Shown here: positions 1 to 9,551 of the stretch, in pieces
How the letters are laid out: each line of letters begins with the position of its first letter
How positions within the stretch are numbered: position 1 is the first letter of the stretch
Source: a virus
IMG/VR virus record: IMGVR_UViG_3300047557_002951
Span: 32,001-96,000 of that record
DNA length: 64,000 nt
Reading direction: 5' to 3' (one strand)
Notes under the pieces: generated by a model
Databases searched by the model: none
The model's input: only the letters and a program-made list of their open reading frames with translations
What the model was told of the DNA's origin: nothing
Program-made: the position numbers and the translations under genes

Positions 1-1
1 C

Positions 2-403
2 TGCGTTCTGTGGAGATACTGATACTTCTCTTAAACTATCTCCAACAATTGATACTTGACTTGGAATTGTGAGAGGGTTATTTTCTAGATAAGATCCAGC
101 ACTAACTTTAATAATTGTTCCTGTTGTTGCTGATGTGAGTGCTGCTCCGATTGTTCTTTTTGCGTCTCCAAGTTTTTTTCCTGTGTTGGAGTCGCTTCCG
201 TCTTGTGTAACATAAAGAATATTAGTAACTGTTGCTCCAGCACCAAGTCTTACAACATCGGTACCAATTCCTGCTCTTTCTCTGCGGGCAAATAATTCGG
301 CATCATAAGTATTTAAAGCTAGTTCCCCCAAAGGTAGTTGTTCTGCCGTTGGTCTTTTACCGGGAACCGAAGATCTTTTTATCCTGATATTTGGATCAGC
401 CAT
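2..403 (-). CDS. Tail fibre/structural protein, 5' part (runs off window)
   Basis: Manual translation from ATG at 403: MADPNIRIKRSSVPGKRPTAEQLPLGELALN...LYVTQDGSDSNTGKKLGDAKRTIGAAL...GSYLENNPL. Mtd_N-like start, then the same beta-helix cap motif as ORF 20908..24282. Late promoter upstream. Confidence 0.8.
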   Translation of the reverse strand, partial: MADPNIRIKRSSVPGKRPTAEQLPLGELALNTYDAELFARRERAGIGTDVVRLGAGATVTNILYVTQDGSDSNTGKKLGDAKRTIGAALTSATTGTIIKVSAGSYLENNPLTIPSQVSIVGDSLREVSVSPQNA

Positions 404-453
404 TCAACCTCATGGTGGTATTTACCGCACAACTCTTATGTAAGAGTTTTTAT

Positions 454-461
454 TATTTATG
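454..461 (-). promoter_or_regulatory. T4-like late promoter (CATAAATA)
   Basis: NATAAATA about 50 nt upstream of the ATG at 403, followed by a short leader hairpin (431-448). Confidence 0.6.
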
Positions 462-645
462 AAAAATCATCTTCTGTTTTTACTATTCTTTTTGATTTTC
501 TTAACTTCTCTATTTCAACAGTAAGTGCATTGACTTGCTTTTGCAATGCACTTACTTGAGTTTCTAATACAATATTAGAGTTAAATAGTTCAAATGCTTT
601 TTGTTGGTATTTTGAAAGGATTTCTTTTAAATCTTCTTCGGACAT
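457..645 (-). CDS. Small coiled-coil protein (possible fibre chaperone)
   Basis: 62 aa with a heptad pattern; own late promoter at 672-678. Confidence 0.6.
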   Translation of the reverse strand: MSEEDLKEILSKYQQKAFELFNSNIVLETQVSALQKQVNALTVEIEKLRKSKRIVKTEDDFS

Positions 646-678
646 AAAAATAGAGGAAGATAAACTTCCTCTATTTAG
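646..678 (-). terminator. Intrinsic terminator overlapping a late promoter (CTAAATA)
   Basis: 12-bp stem AAATAGAGGAAG/CTTCCTCTATTT (648-659/665-676) plus T-run; CTAAATA at 672-678 overlaps the 5' arm. Confidence 0.7.
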
Positions 679-693
679 AATATAGTTTGATTA

Positions 694-3342
694 TTAAAAA
701 GTTCCAGCGTCAACAGTGATATTCTCAAGGAATCTTTCAGTTCCAGTGCAAGAAATAACCTGGGAAGTTCCAGCACAGTCAGTTACCCAAAGTTGTCCAA
801 TTTCAATGGGAGCAAAGTTTGCCACAGTGAATGATGGTAGATTTGTTTGAGAGTCTGATCCATCAGATCCAGGATCAACATCAGTTGTAAATTGGAATCT
901 CTTAGTTGCCCCACTTGCCTCCCAGACAAGACCTGCTTTCTTAGCACCACTATCTCCATAGTTAAATAGAACTGCAAGATCCCAAGTTGTAGTAGTTGGT
1001 TGAGTTCCTGAGGTAATTCTACCAAGTTCAATTGTACGATCTTCAATTGCTAAAGTAGTTGTATCAATTTGAGTCGTACTTCCCTGAACATAGAGATTAC
1101 CTTGAACCGTTAAGTCATCTGCAAATGTGGCATCATTACCAGTAAGAGTAAGTACAGTTGAGCCAGTATTTTGCGATTGGATAATATTCGTTTTAATTGT
1201 TGGAGCACTTAGCGAAGTTCCAACAATTACGGCATCAGGAAGTCCAACTGTAATTGTCTGACCAGAAGCTGATGTATTGACTTCATTTGCAGTACCAGCA
1301 ATTGTGAATGTCTGAGATGTGTTGACTGAACCAGTCCCGGTATCTCCAGCAATACTTAGTGTTAAGTCAACATTTCCAATCTGCGATCCAACATAATTAA
1401 TAATAGCAGATGAAGTTGGTACAGAAGATGTTGAAGTTCCTGTAGATACTGAACTAGAGAATTGAGTAATTCCTACGCCAGTTCCAACCTTAAATGTATT
1501 TGTATTTGGATTGTAAACTAATTCGGAATCAACACCCAATGCTTTTGAGTTTCCAGAACCATCGGAAAAAACAAGATTATAATTCTGATTAGATGCTACA
1601 CCAGCAACATCAACATTCTGTGCTCTGGTTGCAGTTGTTGCAGTACCTGTTAATGTACCTTGAACTTCTACATTACCCGTAAAGAGTGCGTTTTGAGTCG
1701 TAAAGGTATTTGTACCTGGATTATAGTAAATACCATCATCAGTATAAACAGTTTCTGCAGAAGCAGTTCCATTATGTGAATTAACAAAAGTAATATAATG
1801 AGTTGATGCTGCATCTGCTGCAGTTACAGTATCAACAGTAGTTGCTCTAGTTGCAGTAGAAATAGTACCAGTAAGTGAACCAGTAATATTAGTTGCATTT
1901 AAATTAGTAAAGTTTGCACTCGTAGCATTAATAGTATCATCAGTCATTGTGATACTAGAACCAACGGCAAGACGAACACCGTCAGCCATTGTTGTGGTTC
2001 CAATCGCAACACCATAGTTAAAAGCAAATGCATCTGTTGCAAATCCAAGAGTTCCACTTCGGAACCACATCATTTGCTTATAGGTATCTGGAAGTGTATT
2101 GATACCAGATGCTTGGAATGATACTAATGGAGTTCCTTCTTCAGATGCAATCGCAACACCTGCGTGATTTGCGGTTGTATCACTTGGAGTTACTGAAGTG
2201 GTATATCCAAGAACAATATCTTTGTTCTCAATAAAAACATCTTCACCACGAAGAGTAATTGTTGTCCCACCAATGAAGACATTTCCCGATACATCAATAT
2301 CACCTAAAACATCAAGTCTGCCTGGAATTTCAACAACTCCAATCGCAGAATTGAGAGTTAATTTTCCAGTTGAAGTAGTAACGGTGTTTGCATCGCCAAT
2401 ACCTATATTGATATTATTTGCATCAACTCCACTTTCAAAGGTTCCAATTCCAGAGAAGTGTGCATTTCTCCAATTTAAAGTTGAAATACCAACATCATAA
2501 GTGGCATCAATTGTTGGAATTACATTGGAGTTAATCGAACCATCAATATTAATAACATCTCCACCATTACCAAGATTAATCTGTCCACCATAAAAGGTTG
2601 CAGTTCCAATGAAGTATGATTGTCCACCAACAGAAAGTCCAGCACCAATGGTTACATTCTTTTCGACACCTAAACCGCCGTCAATTTGAACAGCACCTGT
2701 ATTTACATTACCTAAAGTATTGTCTGTTGTATTTGAAAATGTAGTGATACCTGAGAAATCCGCACCACCACCACCACTAAATGATACGGTTCCAGTTACA
2801 TTTAAATCTCCACCTACATTTAAATCTGAACCAAAATATGAAGTGCCAGAAACTCCTAATCCACCTGCGATTGTTACTGCGCCAGTTGTGGAACTTGTAG
2901 AAACTGTGGTTGTAGTAAATGCAACATTATTGGTAAAGGTTCCAATTCCAATAACAATTTCTTCAACACCTAAAGTGTTAACTTGGTCTACCCAAGATAG
3001 TTGTCCATCTCCATTTGTTGATAATACTTTTCCACTATAACCAATCGCGGTTGCTGGGAGTGTATAGGTAAATGTTGCACCAAGACTTACTGGTGCTCTT
3101 AAATTAATTGATTGTGATCCGTTATCTGAAACAAGTTTTAATTTAAGTGATTTGACGCCATTTTCTTCTCTTTCCCAATAACGATGGGAACCGAAGAATT
3201 TGTTGCTTACTACTGAGGTATCAATACCAATAAAAAAGTCAAAGTTGTTTAATGAAATCGCTGGTTCACCTGGACGGAGAGCAGGAACTGTTCCTGCTAT
3301 CCCTGCATTACCTCTCTTAAACTGAAGTACTGGTGCAGGCAT
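694..3342 (-). CDS. Tail fibre-like virion structural protein
   Basis: 882 aa, G/T/S-rich. N-terminal LQFKRG...LRPGEP (Mtd_N-like), repeated GAVxIxGGLGV motifs, C-terminal VDAGTF. Confidence 0.75.
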   Translation of the reverse strand: MPAPVLQFKRGNAGIAGTVPALRPGEPAISLNNFDFFIGIDTSVVSNKFFGSHRYWEREENGVKSLKLKLVSDNGSQSINLRAPVSLGATFTYTLPATAIGYSGKVLSTNGDGQLSWVDQVNTLGVEEIVIGIGTFTNNVAFTTTTVSTSSTTGAVTIAGGLGVSGTSYFGSDLNVGGDLNVTGTVSFSGGGGADFSGITTFSNTTDNTLGNVNTGAVQIDGGLGVEKNVTIGAGLSVGGQSYFIGTATFYGGQINLGNGGDVINIDGSINSNVIPTIDATYDVGISTLNWRNAHFSGIGTFESGVDANNINIGIGDANTVTTSTGKLTLNSAIGVVEIPGRLDVLGDIDVSGNVFIGGTTITLRGEDVFIENKDIVLGYTTSVTPSDTTANHAGVAIASEEGTPLVSFQASGINTLPDTYKQMMWFRSGTLGFATDAFAFNYGVAIGTTTMADGVRLAVGSSITMTDDTINATSANFTNLNATNITGSLTGTISTATRATTVDTVTAADAASTHYITFVNSHNGTASAETVYTDDGIYYNPGTNTFTTQNALFTGNVEVQGTLTGTATTATRAQNVDVAGVASNQNYNLVFSDGSGNSKALGVDSELVYNPNTNTFKVGTGVGITQFSSSVSTGTSTSSVPTSSAIINYVGSQIGNVDLTLSIAGDTGTGSVNTSQTFTIAGTANEVNTSASGQTITVGLPDAVIVGTSLSAPTIKTNIIQSQNTGSTVLTLTGNDATFADDLTVQGNLYVQGSTTQIDTTTLAIEDRTIELGRITSGTQPTTTTWDLAVLFNYGDSGAKKAGLVWEASGATKRFQFTTDVDPGSDGSDSQTNLPSFTVANFAPIEIGQLWVTDCAGTSQVISCTGTERFLENITVDAGTF

Positions 3343-3367
3343 TTCTATTACTTTATTTACTTTTAGT

Positions 3368-3374
3368 TATTTAG
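3368..3374 (-). promoter_or_regulatory. Late promoter (CTAAATA)
   Basis: Intergenic, about 25 nt upstream of ATG 3342. Confidence 0.55.
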
Positions 3375-3379
3375 TTTAA

Positions 3380-3685
3380 TTAAAATGTGCCCGCATCAAG
3401 ATCAATACGATCATCAAGATCAATATCCAATTGATTTTGGAAGTCTGCAGGGAGACCTGGTTGAATAGGTTCATTTGTTGCTGCAGAAAGAACATCATCA
3501 GGATTAACCAACTTATACTTGTTCAAGTTAACATCATACATCAAAACATACTTATCTTTTTTGTTAGTTGTATCAACAGAAACATCGATAAGATCTTCTA
3601 GTCTTGCTGGCACTTGAAGTCCTCCTTGCAAACTAATAATTTTATAATGTTGCTTTTGTTGAAGTCGAATGTTAAAGTCTGTCAT
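3380..3685 (-). CDS. Small virion/fibre connector protein
   Basis: 101 aa; RLEDLIDV motif, ends LDAGTF; start overlaps the upstream stop. Confidence 0.6.
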   Translation of the reverse strand: MTDFNIRLQQKQHYKIISLQGGLQVPARLEDLIDVSVDTTNKKDKYVLMYDVNLNKYKLVNPDDVLSAATNEPIQPGLPADFQNQLDIDLDDRIDLDAGTF

Positions 3686-4044
3686 CTTGATGCTGTATCA
3701 GAAACTATGATGGAACCTTCAACTGCTTTTTTAGTAAGATAAGTAATCCCTATTCCATTTGGACTTTGGGTAGGTCCAGTAATAAGAATATCAAAATAAT
3801 TTCTACCAGAATCTAAAAGTTCTGTAGTTGTTTTGGCCATAGAGATTACAATCTCACCAGTAGCCCCTAAGATATCAACTTTAAATTCTTTATAATTTGG
3901 GGAAGAAGGATACTTTCTTATTCTTGACTTAGCACTATAGTACGCACTAAAAGAATAATTACTGGAATCAGACTGTAGAACTTTAAATTTGGCATCAAAA
4001 TCAGTTCCTTTTTCAAGAGTTAAATTGACTACAGCAACTGCCAT
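3682..4044 (-). CDS. Small Ig-like structural protein (BppU-like adaptor)
   Basis: 120 aa; NLTLEKGTDF...GRNYFDILI...EGSIIVS pattern typical of cyanophage virion adaptors. Confidence 0.55.
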   Translation of the reverse strand: MAVAVVNLTLEKGTDFDAKFKVLQSDSSNYSFSAYYSAKSRIRKYPSSPNYKEFKVDILGATGEIVISMAKTTTELLDSGRNYFDILITGPTQSPNGIGITYLTKKAVEGSIIVSDTASR

Positions 4045-4064
4045 TGATTTTAAGTGGTTTTAAT

Positions 4065-4072
4065 TATTTATA
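4065..4072 (-). promoter_or_regulatory. Late promoter (TATAAATA)
   Basis: Perfect T4 late consensus 21 nt upstream of ATG 4044. Confidence 0.75.
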
Positions 4073-4075
4073 TTT

Positions 4076-4432
4076 CTAATACAACTTAATTTCCTTATAA
4101 TCAGAATCACATCTCTCATTGATCTCTCTTTTTATTTCTGCTCTGTAGTCATTTAATTTATAAACACTTCTAGCAAGTTCAATAAACTCATTATCAAATC
4201 TTTGCTCATTTTCAAATTTTCTAATTTTATCTTCTATTTTCCAAAGTTGCTCATTTACTTTCTTAAGATTAATCTCGCAGTCTAAAGTATATTGAGTTAG
4301 AGTGCTTTTGATTAAATTGAGTTCTTCCAATTCTTTCAAAACATATTCACTATCAGTAAACATAGATTTGATTTCAAGAATTGTAATCTTATCAATTAAT
4401 TCTCCAACTGATATTGGTATAGTTATTTTCAT
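4076..4432 (-). CDS. DUF6165-like protein
   Basis: ISVGELIDKITILEIK...LWKIEDKIR...FIELARSVY..ND.R..IK..IN motif; this family is usually linked to TPR/GT9 genes. Confidence 0.7.
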   Translation of the reverse strand: MKITIPISVGELIDKITILEIKSMFTDSEYVLKELEELNLIKSTLTQYTLDCEINLKKVNEQLWKIEDKIRKFENEQRFDNEFIELARSVYKLNDYRAEIKREINERCDSDYKEIKLY

Positions 4433-5961
4433 AGATTAAATTGCGTTTTAATAGTTTTAATTAACTGTGAGTTTTTAGAAACCACTCCAAGACCATAGCA
4501 GTGAGTAAAAGTTACTTTGGGAAGATTAATTTCTTCAAAAAATCTCTTTACTCCATATTCATTGCCGTTATGAGTTTCTACGCAAGTATCATGGAGTAAA
4601 ATTACTCCATCATTATTTAAAAACTTACTCCAGGTTTCAAAATCTTTCTTCACATCTTCATAGTGGTGACTACCATCAATATGAAGAATATCAATCTTCT
4701 TATCCCAAGTTTGAGCAACCTCATTAAAATCACCTTTAATGAAAGTTAGATTATCCTGAAGATGAAGTTTCTCTCGTTTCATCATAACAAAATCATATTT
4801 TAATCCCAAATCTTCTGTTCCTATAAAATCATCTCCGACAAAGTTATCAATTCCATAAACATGTCCTACCCTAGGAAGAGCAAATGAGAATGATGAATAT
4901 CCATGATCAACACCAAGGTCAACTACAACTTCAGGTTTCATATAAGATACTAACCATTCCGCAAACTGACGATGCCCAGACCAAGCAGTTGCTGGAGTAT
5001 CATCAAGATTGGTCAGGAATAATTTATCAATCGCAGCAGTTCTTTCTTTTGAACTTATAGTTTCCGGAGAAAATCCAGAGGCAAATACGATAATATTTGG
5101 GTTCTGCGTAAGTTTGCCGATATTAAGTAGATGAGTAAATGCTTTACCCATAGCATTACCCCCAATATTCATGGACTCACTTAGAGCATGGAAAGCATAG
5201 TTCGATGCTCTTTGAATATCTTTAGTATTAATAAGAACAATACTGCACATAATGAACACATCAACTCTGGTAGGGTCAAAGTATGCCTTAGAAAGATTTA
5301 GATATTCTTGACCAAGTTCAAGTGCCTTATTGAAGTTTTTGACTTCAAAATAGTGCTTGAAAATAAACCAAAGATAATAAGTATTTGACTTATCCTTTTC
5401 AAACTCCCTTTCACAAATAGAAAGATATAAAAATTGTTTGTCTATAGTATTATGAATATTCTTAATAATCTTAATTGTAGTATCGACTGCAGATTCATTC
5501 AAATGTTCTTCAGTTGGAATAAAGACTAGACTTTCATGAACAGCATTTGTCCAAGTATAGTTTTTTGTTCTATGAAAACGAGTGTGAGCAGTTTGACCTA
5601 AAGTTGGTTCTTCATCTCCAACCTTATCATATCGTTCGTGTCTAAATGCTGTGAACTCCCCAGCAATCACATCAAGACCTTCTGGAAAGAACTCATCTAA
5701 GTCTTCATTAAAATCTAAAGAAAATGCCCAATCAGTTTTTATGTAAGATAGTGCCTGATTTCTTGCGACTGAAAAATCAAACTCTTCTCTTGTTTGTGGA
5801 TGTTCGTAAACTTCAATACCAGCATCACGAAGTAGTTGAATAGTATTATCTGTGCTTCCAGTATCTACTACAATAGTATGTGAAAACTTCTTTGAGTTGT
5901 TAATGAACTTCTCAATATTCTTCTCTTCGTTCTTTGCGATTGCATATAGTGTAATGTTCAT
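4429..5961 (-). CDS. GT2 glycosyltransferase-TPR-class I SAM methyltransferase fusion
   Basis: N-terminal IAKNEE...VDTGSTD...DFSVARN (GT2); helical middle; C-terminal VDLGVDHGYS...IDILHIDGSHHYE...GVILLHD (Methyltransf_24). Confidence 0.8.
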   Translation of the reverse strand: MNITLYAIAKNEEKNIEKFINNSKKFSHTIVVDTGSTDNTIQLLRDAGIEVYEHPQTREEFDFSVARNQALSYIKTDWAFSLDFNEDLDEFFPEGLDVIAGEFTAFRHERYDKVGDEEPTLGQTAHTRFHRTKNYTWTNAVHESLVFIPTEEHLNESAVDTTIKIIKNIHNTIDKQFLYLSICEREFEKDKSNTYYLWFIFKHYFEVKNFNKALELGQEYLNLSKAYFDPTRVDVFIMCSIVLINTKDIQRASNYAFHALSESMNIGGNAMGKAFTHLLNIGKLTQNPNIIVFASGFSPETISSKERTAAIDKLFLTNLDDTPATAWSGHRQFAEWLVSYMKPEVVVDLGVDHGYSSFSFALPRVGHVYGIDNFVGDDFIGTEDLGLKYDFVMMKREKLHLQDNLTFIKGDFNEVAQTWDKKIDILHIDGSHHYEDVKKDFETWSKFLNNDGVILLHDTCVETHNGNEYGVKRFFEEINLPKVTFTHCYGLGVVSKNSQLIKTIKTQFNL

Positions 5962-5965
5962 GATG

Positions 5966-6652
5966 TTACTTGTTTGGTGCTATAAAGGTTTTATTGGGAC
6001 CCCAATTATTAGTCTTGTTAATATAAGTTTGATAGAAGTCATAAGAACCTCTGATAAAATTCAAAGAAGAAACTGATAATGCTATAATAACCAATTTTTG
6101 AATCACTTCAATTTGTTTTTGAATTTGATTGTCCAGTTTGATTCTATCTAAGATACTTCTTTGATGAAGTTTTGGAAGTTCAACTTCAGTTTCAGGTTTT
6201 CTTGTATAAGTCCAAGTGCTTGTTTCAAAGTCATATTCAGCAAGATTGGCGTGGTCATAATTTCTCATAATTGGAGAGCAAATATAAGGAATGTCCTTAT
6301 CAATATGTCCAATACTCAAATCAATCAAAATAGGAATTTCAGTCTCAGTTACACAAACTACATGAGTGGATAACATTTTATCCTTGGTATAATTATTTTG
6401 ATTAAAACCAGGATATCCCATCAAAAATAGTCCTGGAGGGTCTTTCAAAGTCACCATAAGACTACACTCAACGATTTGAGATTTAATACCCTGTTTGTGT
6501 AAGAGCTTGTGAATAATATCACTCATACTCACACAATAACCTGAACCTGCTTCAAGCATTCCAGAATTTTTCAAGTTGTCTATGAGACCCTTAATAGTCT
6601 TAAAGTATTCAGTTTCAGTTGCTGGATGATTTTTCATAAGTATGTGCTCCAA
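5966..6652 (-). CDS. Putative transglutaminase-like (Cys-His-Asp) enzyme
   Basis: GYCVSMSDIIHKLLHKQGI, THVVC and LIDLS resemble the transglutaminase-core triad spacing; short hydrophobic segment near the C-terminus. Confidence 0.45.
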   Translation of the reverse strand: MEHILMKNHPATETEYFKTIKGLIDNLKNSGMLEAGSGYCVSMSDIIHKLLHKQGIKSQIVECSLMVTLKDPPGLFLMGYPGFNQNNYTKDKMLSTHVVCVTETEIPILIDLSIGHIDKDIPYICSPIMRNYDHANLAEYDFETSTWTYTRKPETEVELPKLHQRSILDRIKLDNQIQKQIEVIQKLVIIALSVSSLNFIRGSYDFYQTYINKTNNWGPNKTFIAPNK

Positions 6653-6666
6653 TCAATGCGAGAGAA

Positions 6667-7263
6667 TTACAAATCTTGCTGGTAGAAATCTATAGTTTTT
6701 TCCCAAGCAACATCATATTTTTTATCTAGAGATTGAACTTGGGTATAACCAAGTTGTTTAAATAAGTTTTTAATTTCTTCTTCGTGAGAACCTAAATGAA
6801 GTTTCTCATATTCTATTTTTTTGATATTGTATTTAGACCAATCCGTAGTTAGTAGTATTTCAGCATCAATCCCTTCAATATCAAGAAGTAACCAATCTAA
6901 TGATATAATATTATGTTTATCAAATAATTGTTCAATAGTTATACAAGGAATATCAAAACTTCGTAATCCTTCTGGTGAATAATACACTAATATGTGTTCT
7001 TTAACTAGTGATGCAACATGATACATTGGACCATCATTTTCATGATAATATAGTTTTACCATATCATTAGAATATGATGGAACTTTTATCGCAATATTTT
7101 CTATGGTTGCATTCTTATAACAAGAGTAGCAGTTTATTAGATTTCCAATATGAAGAGGATTTGCTTCTACAAATAAACCAAAATCTAGTTCTTTATAGTT
7201 GTCTTTAAGATATTTTGATAGATGGTCGTCACCTTTGTTAGCCCCTATCTGCACCACTTTCAT
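6667..7263 (-). CDS. FkbM-family methyltransferase
   Basis: VVQIGANKG, FVEANP, LLLDIEGID motifs; start moved to ATG 7263 (ATGA overlap with upstream stop). Confidence 0.8.
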   Translation of the reverse strand: MKVVQIGANKGDDHLSKYLKDNYKELDFGLFVEANPLHIGNLINCYSCYKNATIENIAIKVPSYSNDMVKLYYHENDGPMYHVASLVKEHILVYYSPEGLRSFDIPCITIEQLFDKHNIISLDWLLLDIEGIDAEILLTTDWSKYNIKKIEYEKLHLGSHEEEIKNLFKQLGYTQVQSLDKKYDVAWEKTIDFYQQDL

Positions 7264-7955
7264 AAAAATTCTTTCCAATCAATACAAGGTGATAATAAAT
7301 CTGCATGAGAATGTGTAGAATAACCAGGAATAGAAGATATGAGAACTCTTCCTTTTTGAGATAATTCTAAAAACTTTTGGTGGTCTGCTGAGGGTTCCAC
7401 ACCTGTAGAATATTTAGTGTGAGTATAAAAATCCTCTATGAGAGTTGAATACTTAACTGCAAAAGTATTTGTGGTAGAAGGTGTCGCCATCCAGTGAGAA
7501 GAATGTGTATGTAAGACCTTGGTTCTAAACTCACTATAAAACTCCATGTACTTATCTGCATGGTCATAAAGAGTTACATAATCGACACCAAGTTCAAAAC
7601 CTTCCATCAAAATCTTATCCCAGTTTGGTTTGTGAACATAATCATCTTCCAAAAAATAAATGATGTCTTCTGCTGAATGATTTTGAGTTTGAATATACTT
7701 TAGAGTTTCAATAAAACTCTTTGCTTCTCCACCACAATTAATAGTATGAACATTATTTTCTTGTACTAGAAAAGTATCTTCTATCTTTCCATAATGTTCA
7801 TCATAGATGATTGTATAATTTGTTGTTTCTGGATTAAGTGTATTCTTAAAGTTATGAAATACCTTTTCTTTATCCCACCAAGAAGGTCTTTGTTTTCCTG
7901 GAGACTCTTGAATTTTTGAGTAATAGCAGTGTCTTAAATATACATTAATTTTCAT
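7260..7955 (-). CDS. Putative GT-A fold glycosyltransferase
   Basis: IYFLEDDYVH DxD-like motif; IPGYSTH C-terminal motif; similar to the neighbouring gene. Confidence 0.6.
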   Translation of the reverse strand: MKINVYLRHCYYSKIQESPGKQRPSWWDKEKVFHNFKNTLNPETTNYTIIYDEHYGKIEDTFLVQENNVHTINCGGEAKSFIETLKYIQTQNHSAEDIIYFLEDDYVHKPNWDKILMEGFELGVDYVTLYDHADKYMEFYSEFRTKVLHTHSSHWMATPSTTNTFAVKYSTLIEDFYTHTKYSTGVEPSADHQKFLELSQKGRVLISSIPGYSTHSHADLLSPCIDWKEFL

Positions 7956-8745
7956 TTAATTTCTCCAAGTCGTATTCATTCCACCAGGACTTCCAATCAA
8001 TGAAGAAGTCCTTGTCCCATTCTGTTTGCATATGAAGTGCTAATGAAGGAATGGGAGTGAAGCAATAATATCCTCTTTCATAATAAATCTTACAAATACT
8101 CTCCATTTCCATCGTTGAAGATATTTCACTGGTTCCCATCTTATAAAATAAATCCCAGTTTTGTTTAATGATACTACTATGAGTCATTAAAGTTACTGCT
8201 GGGTGAATGTTGGTTCTCCAGTAACGGTCTTTTCCAACAACAAGATTGCAAAGAACAGCAGTATTTTCTGGTAAATGATACTCTGCTGGTTTATTGAATG
8301 GAAAAATACTTGCTGGTTTTCCTAGATTACAACTAAACTGATTAATAGCATCTATCATTAACTCAACAGAGTTTTGTTGATGAAGAAAGTCATCCTGAAT
8401 AAAATAGACCCAATCCTTTCCACAATCTCTGCCGTGCTCATAGCAACGAAGAATTGAAGGCATTATTCCATAAGTCCCAATATGAGTTAGATTAACTTTG
8501 AACTTTGCTGTAGCAATAAGTGCCTGAAGAATATCTAAGAACTCTTGGTCTGAGTGGTCATCAAAGATTTGGAGTTCTATTTCATAATCAGGATACTGTT
8601 CCTGTGCATAGTTAAGACTATCAATCACAGAAAAAATACATCTTGATGATACTTCTATCTTTGGAGCATTACAATACCTTGTGTGACTATCATCTCGATT
8701 TCCTTTTGAGTGAGACTGAAGAACAACTAATAAATGAGTTTTCAT
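7945..8745 (-). CDS. Putative GT2-like glycosyltransferase
   Basis: IFDDHSD, VYFIQDDFLH and PIPSLALH motifs. Confidence 0.65.
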   Translation of the reverse strand: MKTHLLVVLQSHSKGNRDDSHTRYCNAPKIEVSSRCIFSVIDSLNYAQEQYPDYEIELQIFDDHSDQEFLDILQALIATAKFKVNLTHIGTYGIMPSILRCYEHGRDCGKDWVYFIQDDFLHQQNSVELMIDAINQFSCNLGKPASIFPFNKPAEYHLPENTAVLCNLVVGKDRYWRTNIHPAVTLMTHSSIIKQNWDLFYKMGTSEISSTMEMESICKIYYERGYYCFTPIPSLALHMQTEWDKDFFIDWKSWWNEYDLEKLNEN

Positions 8746-9524
8746 AAGTCAAACTTTGAATAAAGTTTTACATTCTCTTCTCCTATTACATCAATAGGAT
8801 TTTGTGAGATTTTGGATAGATTTGGACGAATATCGTGAAGACCTTTTAATCCCCAAGCTTCATCTTTTTGTTCTCCACAAGCATTATCAATATTATTAAA
8901 GGTATTTGTATGAGAAGGAACTTCTAAAAACTCATAGATTTTATTCAACTCTGCTTCTGGATTTTCTACAAGACTATTATATTCTACCAGATGAACCCAG
9001 TCTGAATATTTTGTGAGACCATAAACCATACTCTCATAAGATGGAGCAACATAATATCTCCAAATATATTCAGCACGATTATTATTTGTGATTGGAAGAT
9101 TGTCTTGTCTTAAATGATTATCAATAAAATTATTTTCGTGCTTTGTTCTTTCTATGAGTGAAATATAAGATGTAAGAACTTCTGGAATAGAACGATATGT
9201 AGCAACAATCTTTGGTTTATTAGAAAGAAACATTTGAACAGTATCAAGGTTCTTACCCCAAAATCTGTGCTTGTCTAGGATTGTTGACTTTGGAATATGA
9301 TTATAAAAGTTAGCAAGAACTGCCTTATAAACATTATAAGATATTGCTTTGCGGTCAAAGGTAAACTGCTGGTCTACTTTGTTGAATGATTGCTCAATAT
9401 CAGTCACCACATCACCTAATGGAGATGTTGGAGATACATAAATGTCTGGATGTTGATTGAGAAGTGAACCCAATAATGTAGAACCACTTCTTGGAAGTCC
9501 TCCAAGAAAATATAATGTCTTCAT
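8742..9524 (-). CDS. PAPS-dependent sulfotransferase
   Basis: 5'-PSB loop GGLPRSGSTLL, 3'-PB motif YRSIPEVLTS, VEYNSLVENP...IYEFL. Confidence 0.85.
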   Translation of the reverse strand: MKTLYFLGGLPRSGSTLLGSLLNQHPDIYVSPTSPLGDVVTDIEQSFNKVDQQFTFDRKAISYNVYKAVLANFYNHIPKSTILDKHRFWGKNLDTVQMFLSNKPKIVATYRSIPEVLTSYISLIERTKHENNFIDNHLRQDNLPITNNNRAEYIWRYYVAPSYESMVYGLTKYSDWVHLVEYNSLVENPEAELNKIYEFLEVPSHTNTFNNIDNACGEQKDEAWGLKGLHDIRPNLSKISQNPIDVIGEENVKLYSKFDL

Positions 9525-9544
9525 AATGTTTTGATTGTTATGAG

Positions 9545-9551
9545 TATTTAG
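9545..9551 (-). promoter_or_regulatory. Late promoter (CTAAATA)
   Basis: Overlaps the RCC1-A stop, about 20 nt upstream of the sulfotransferase ATG. Confidence 0.55.
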
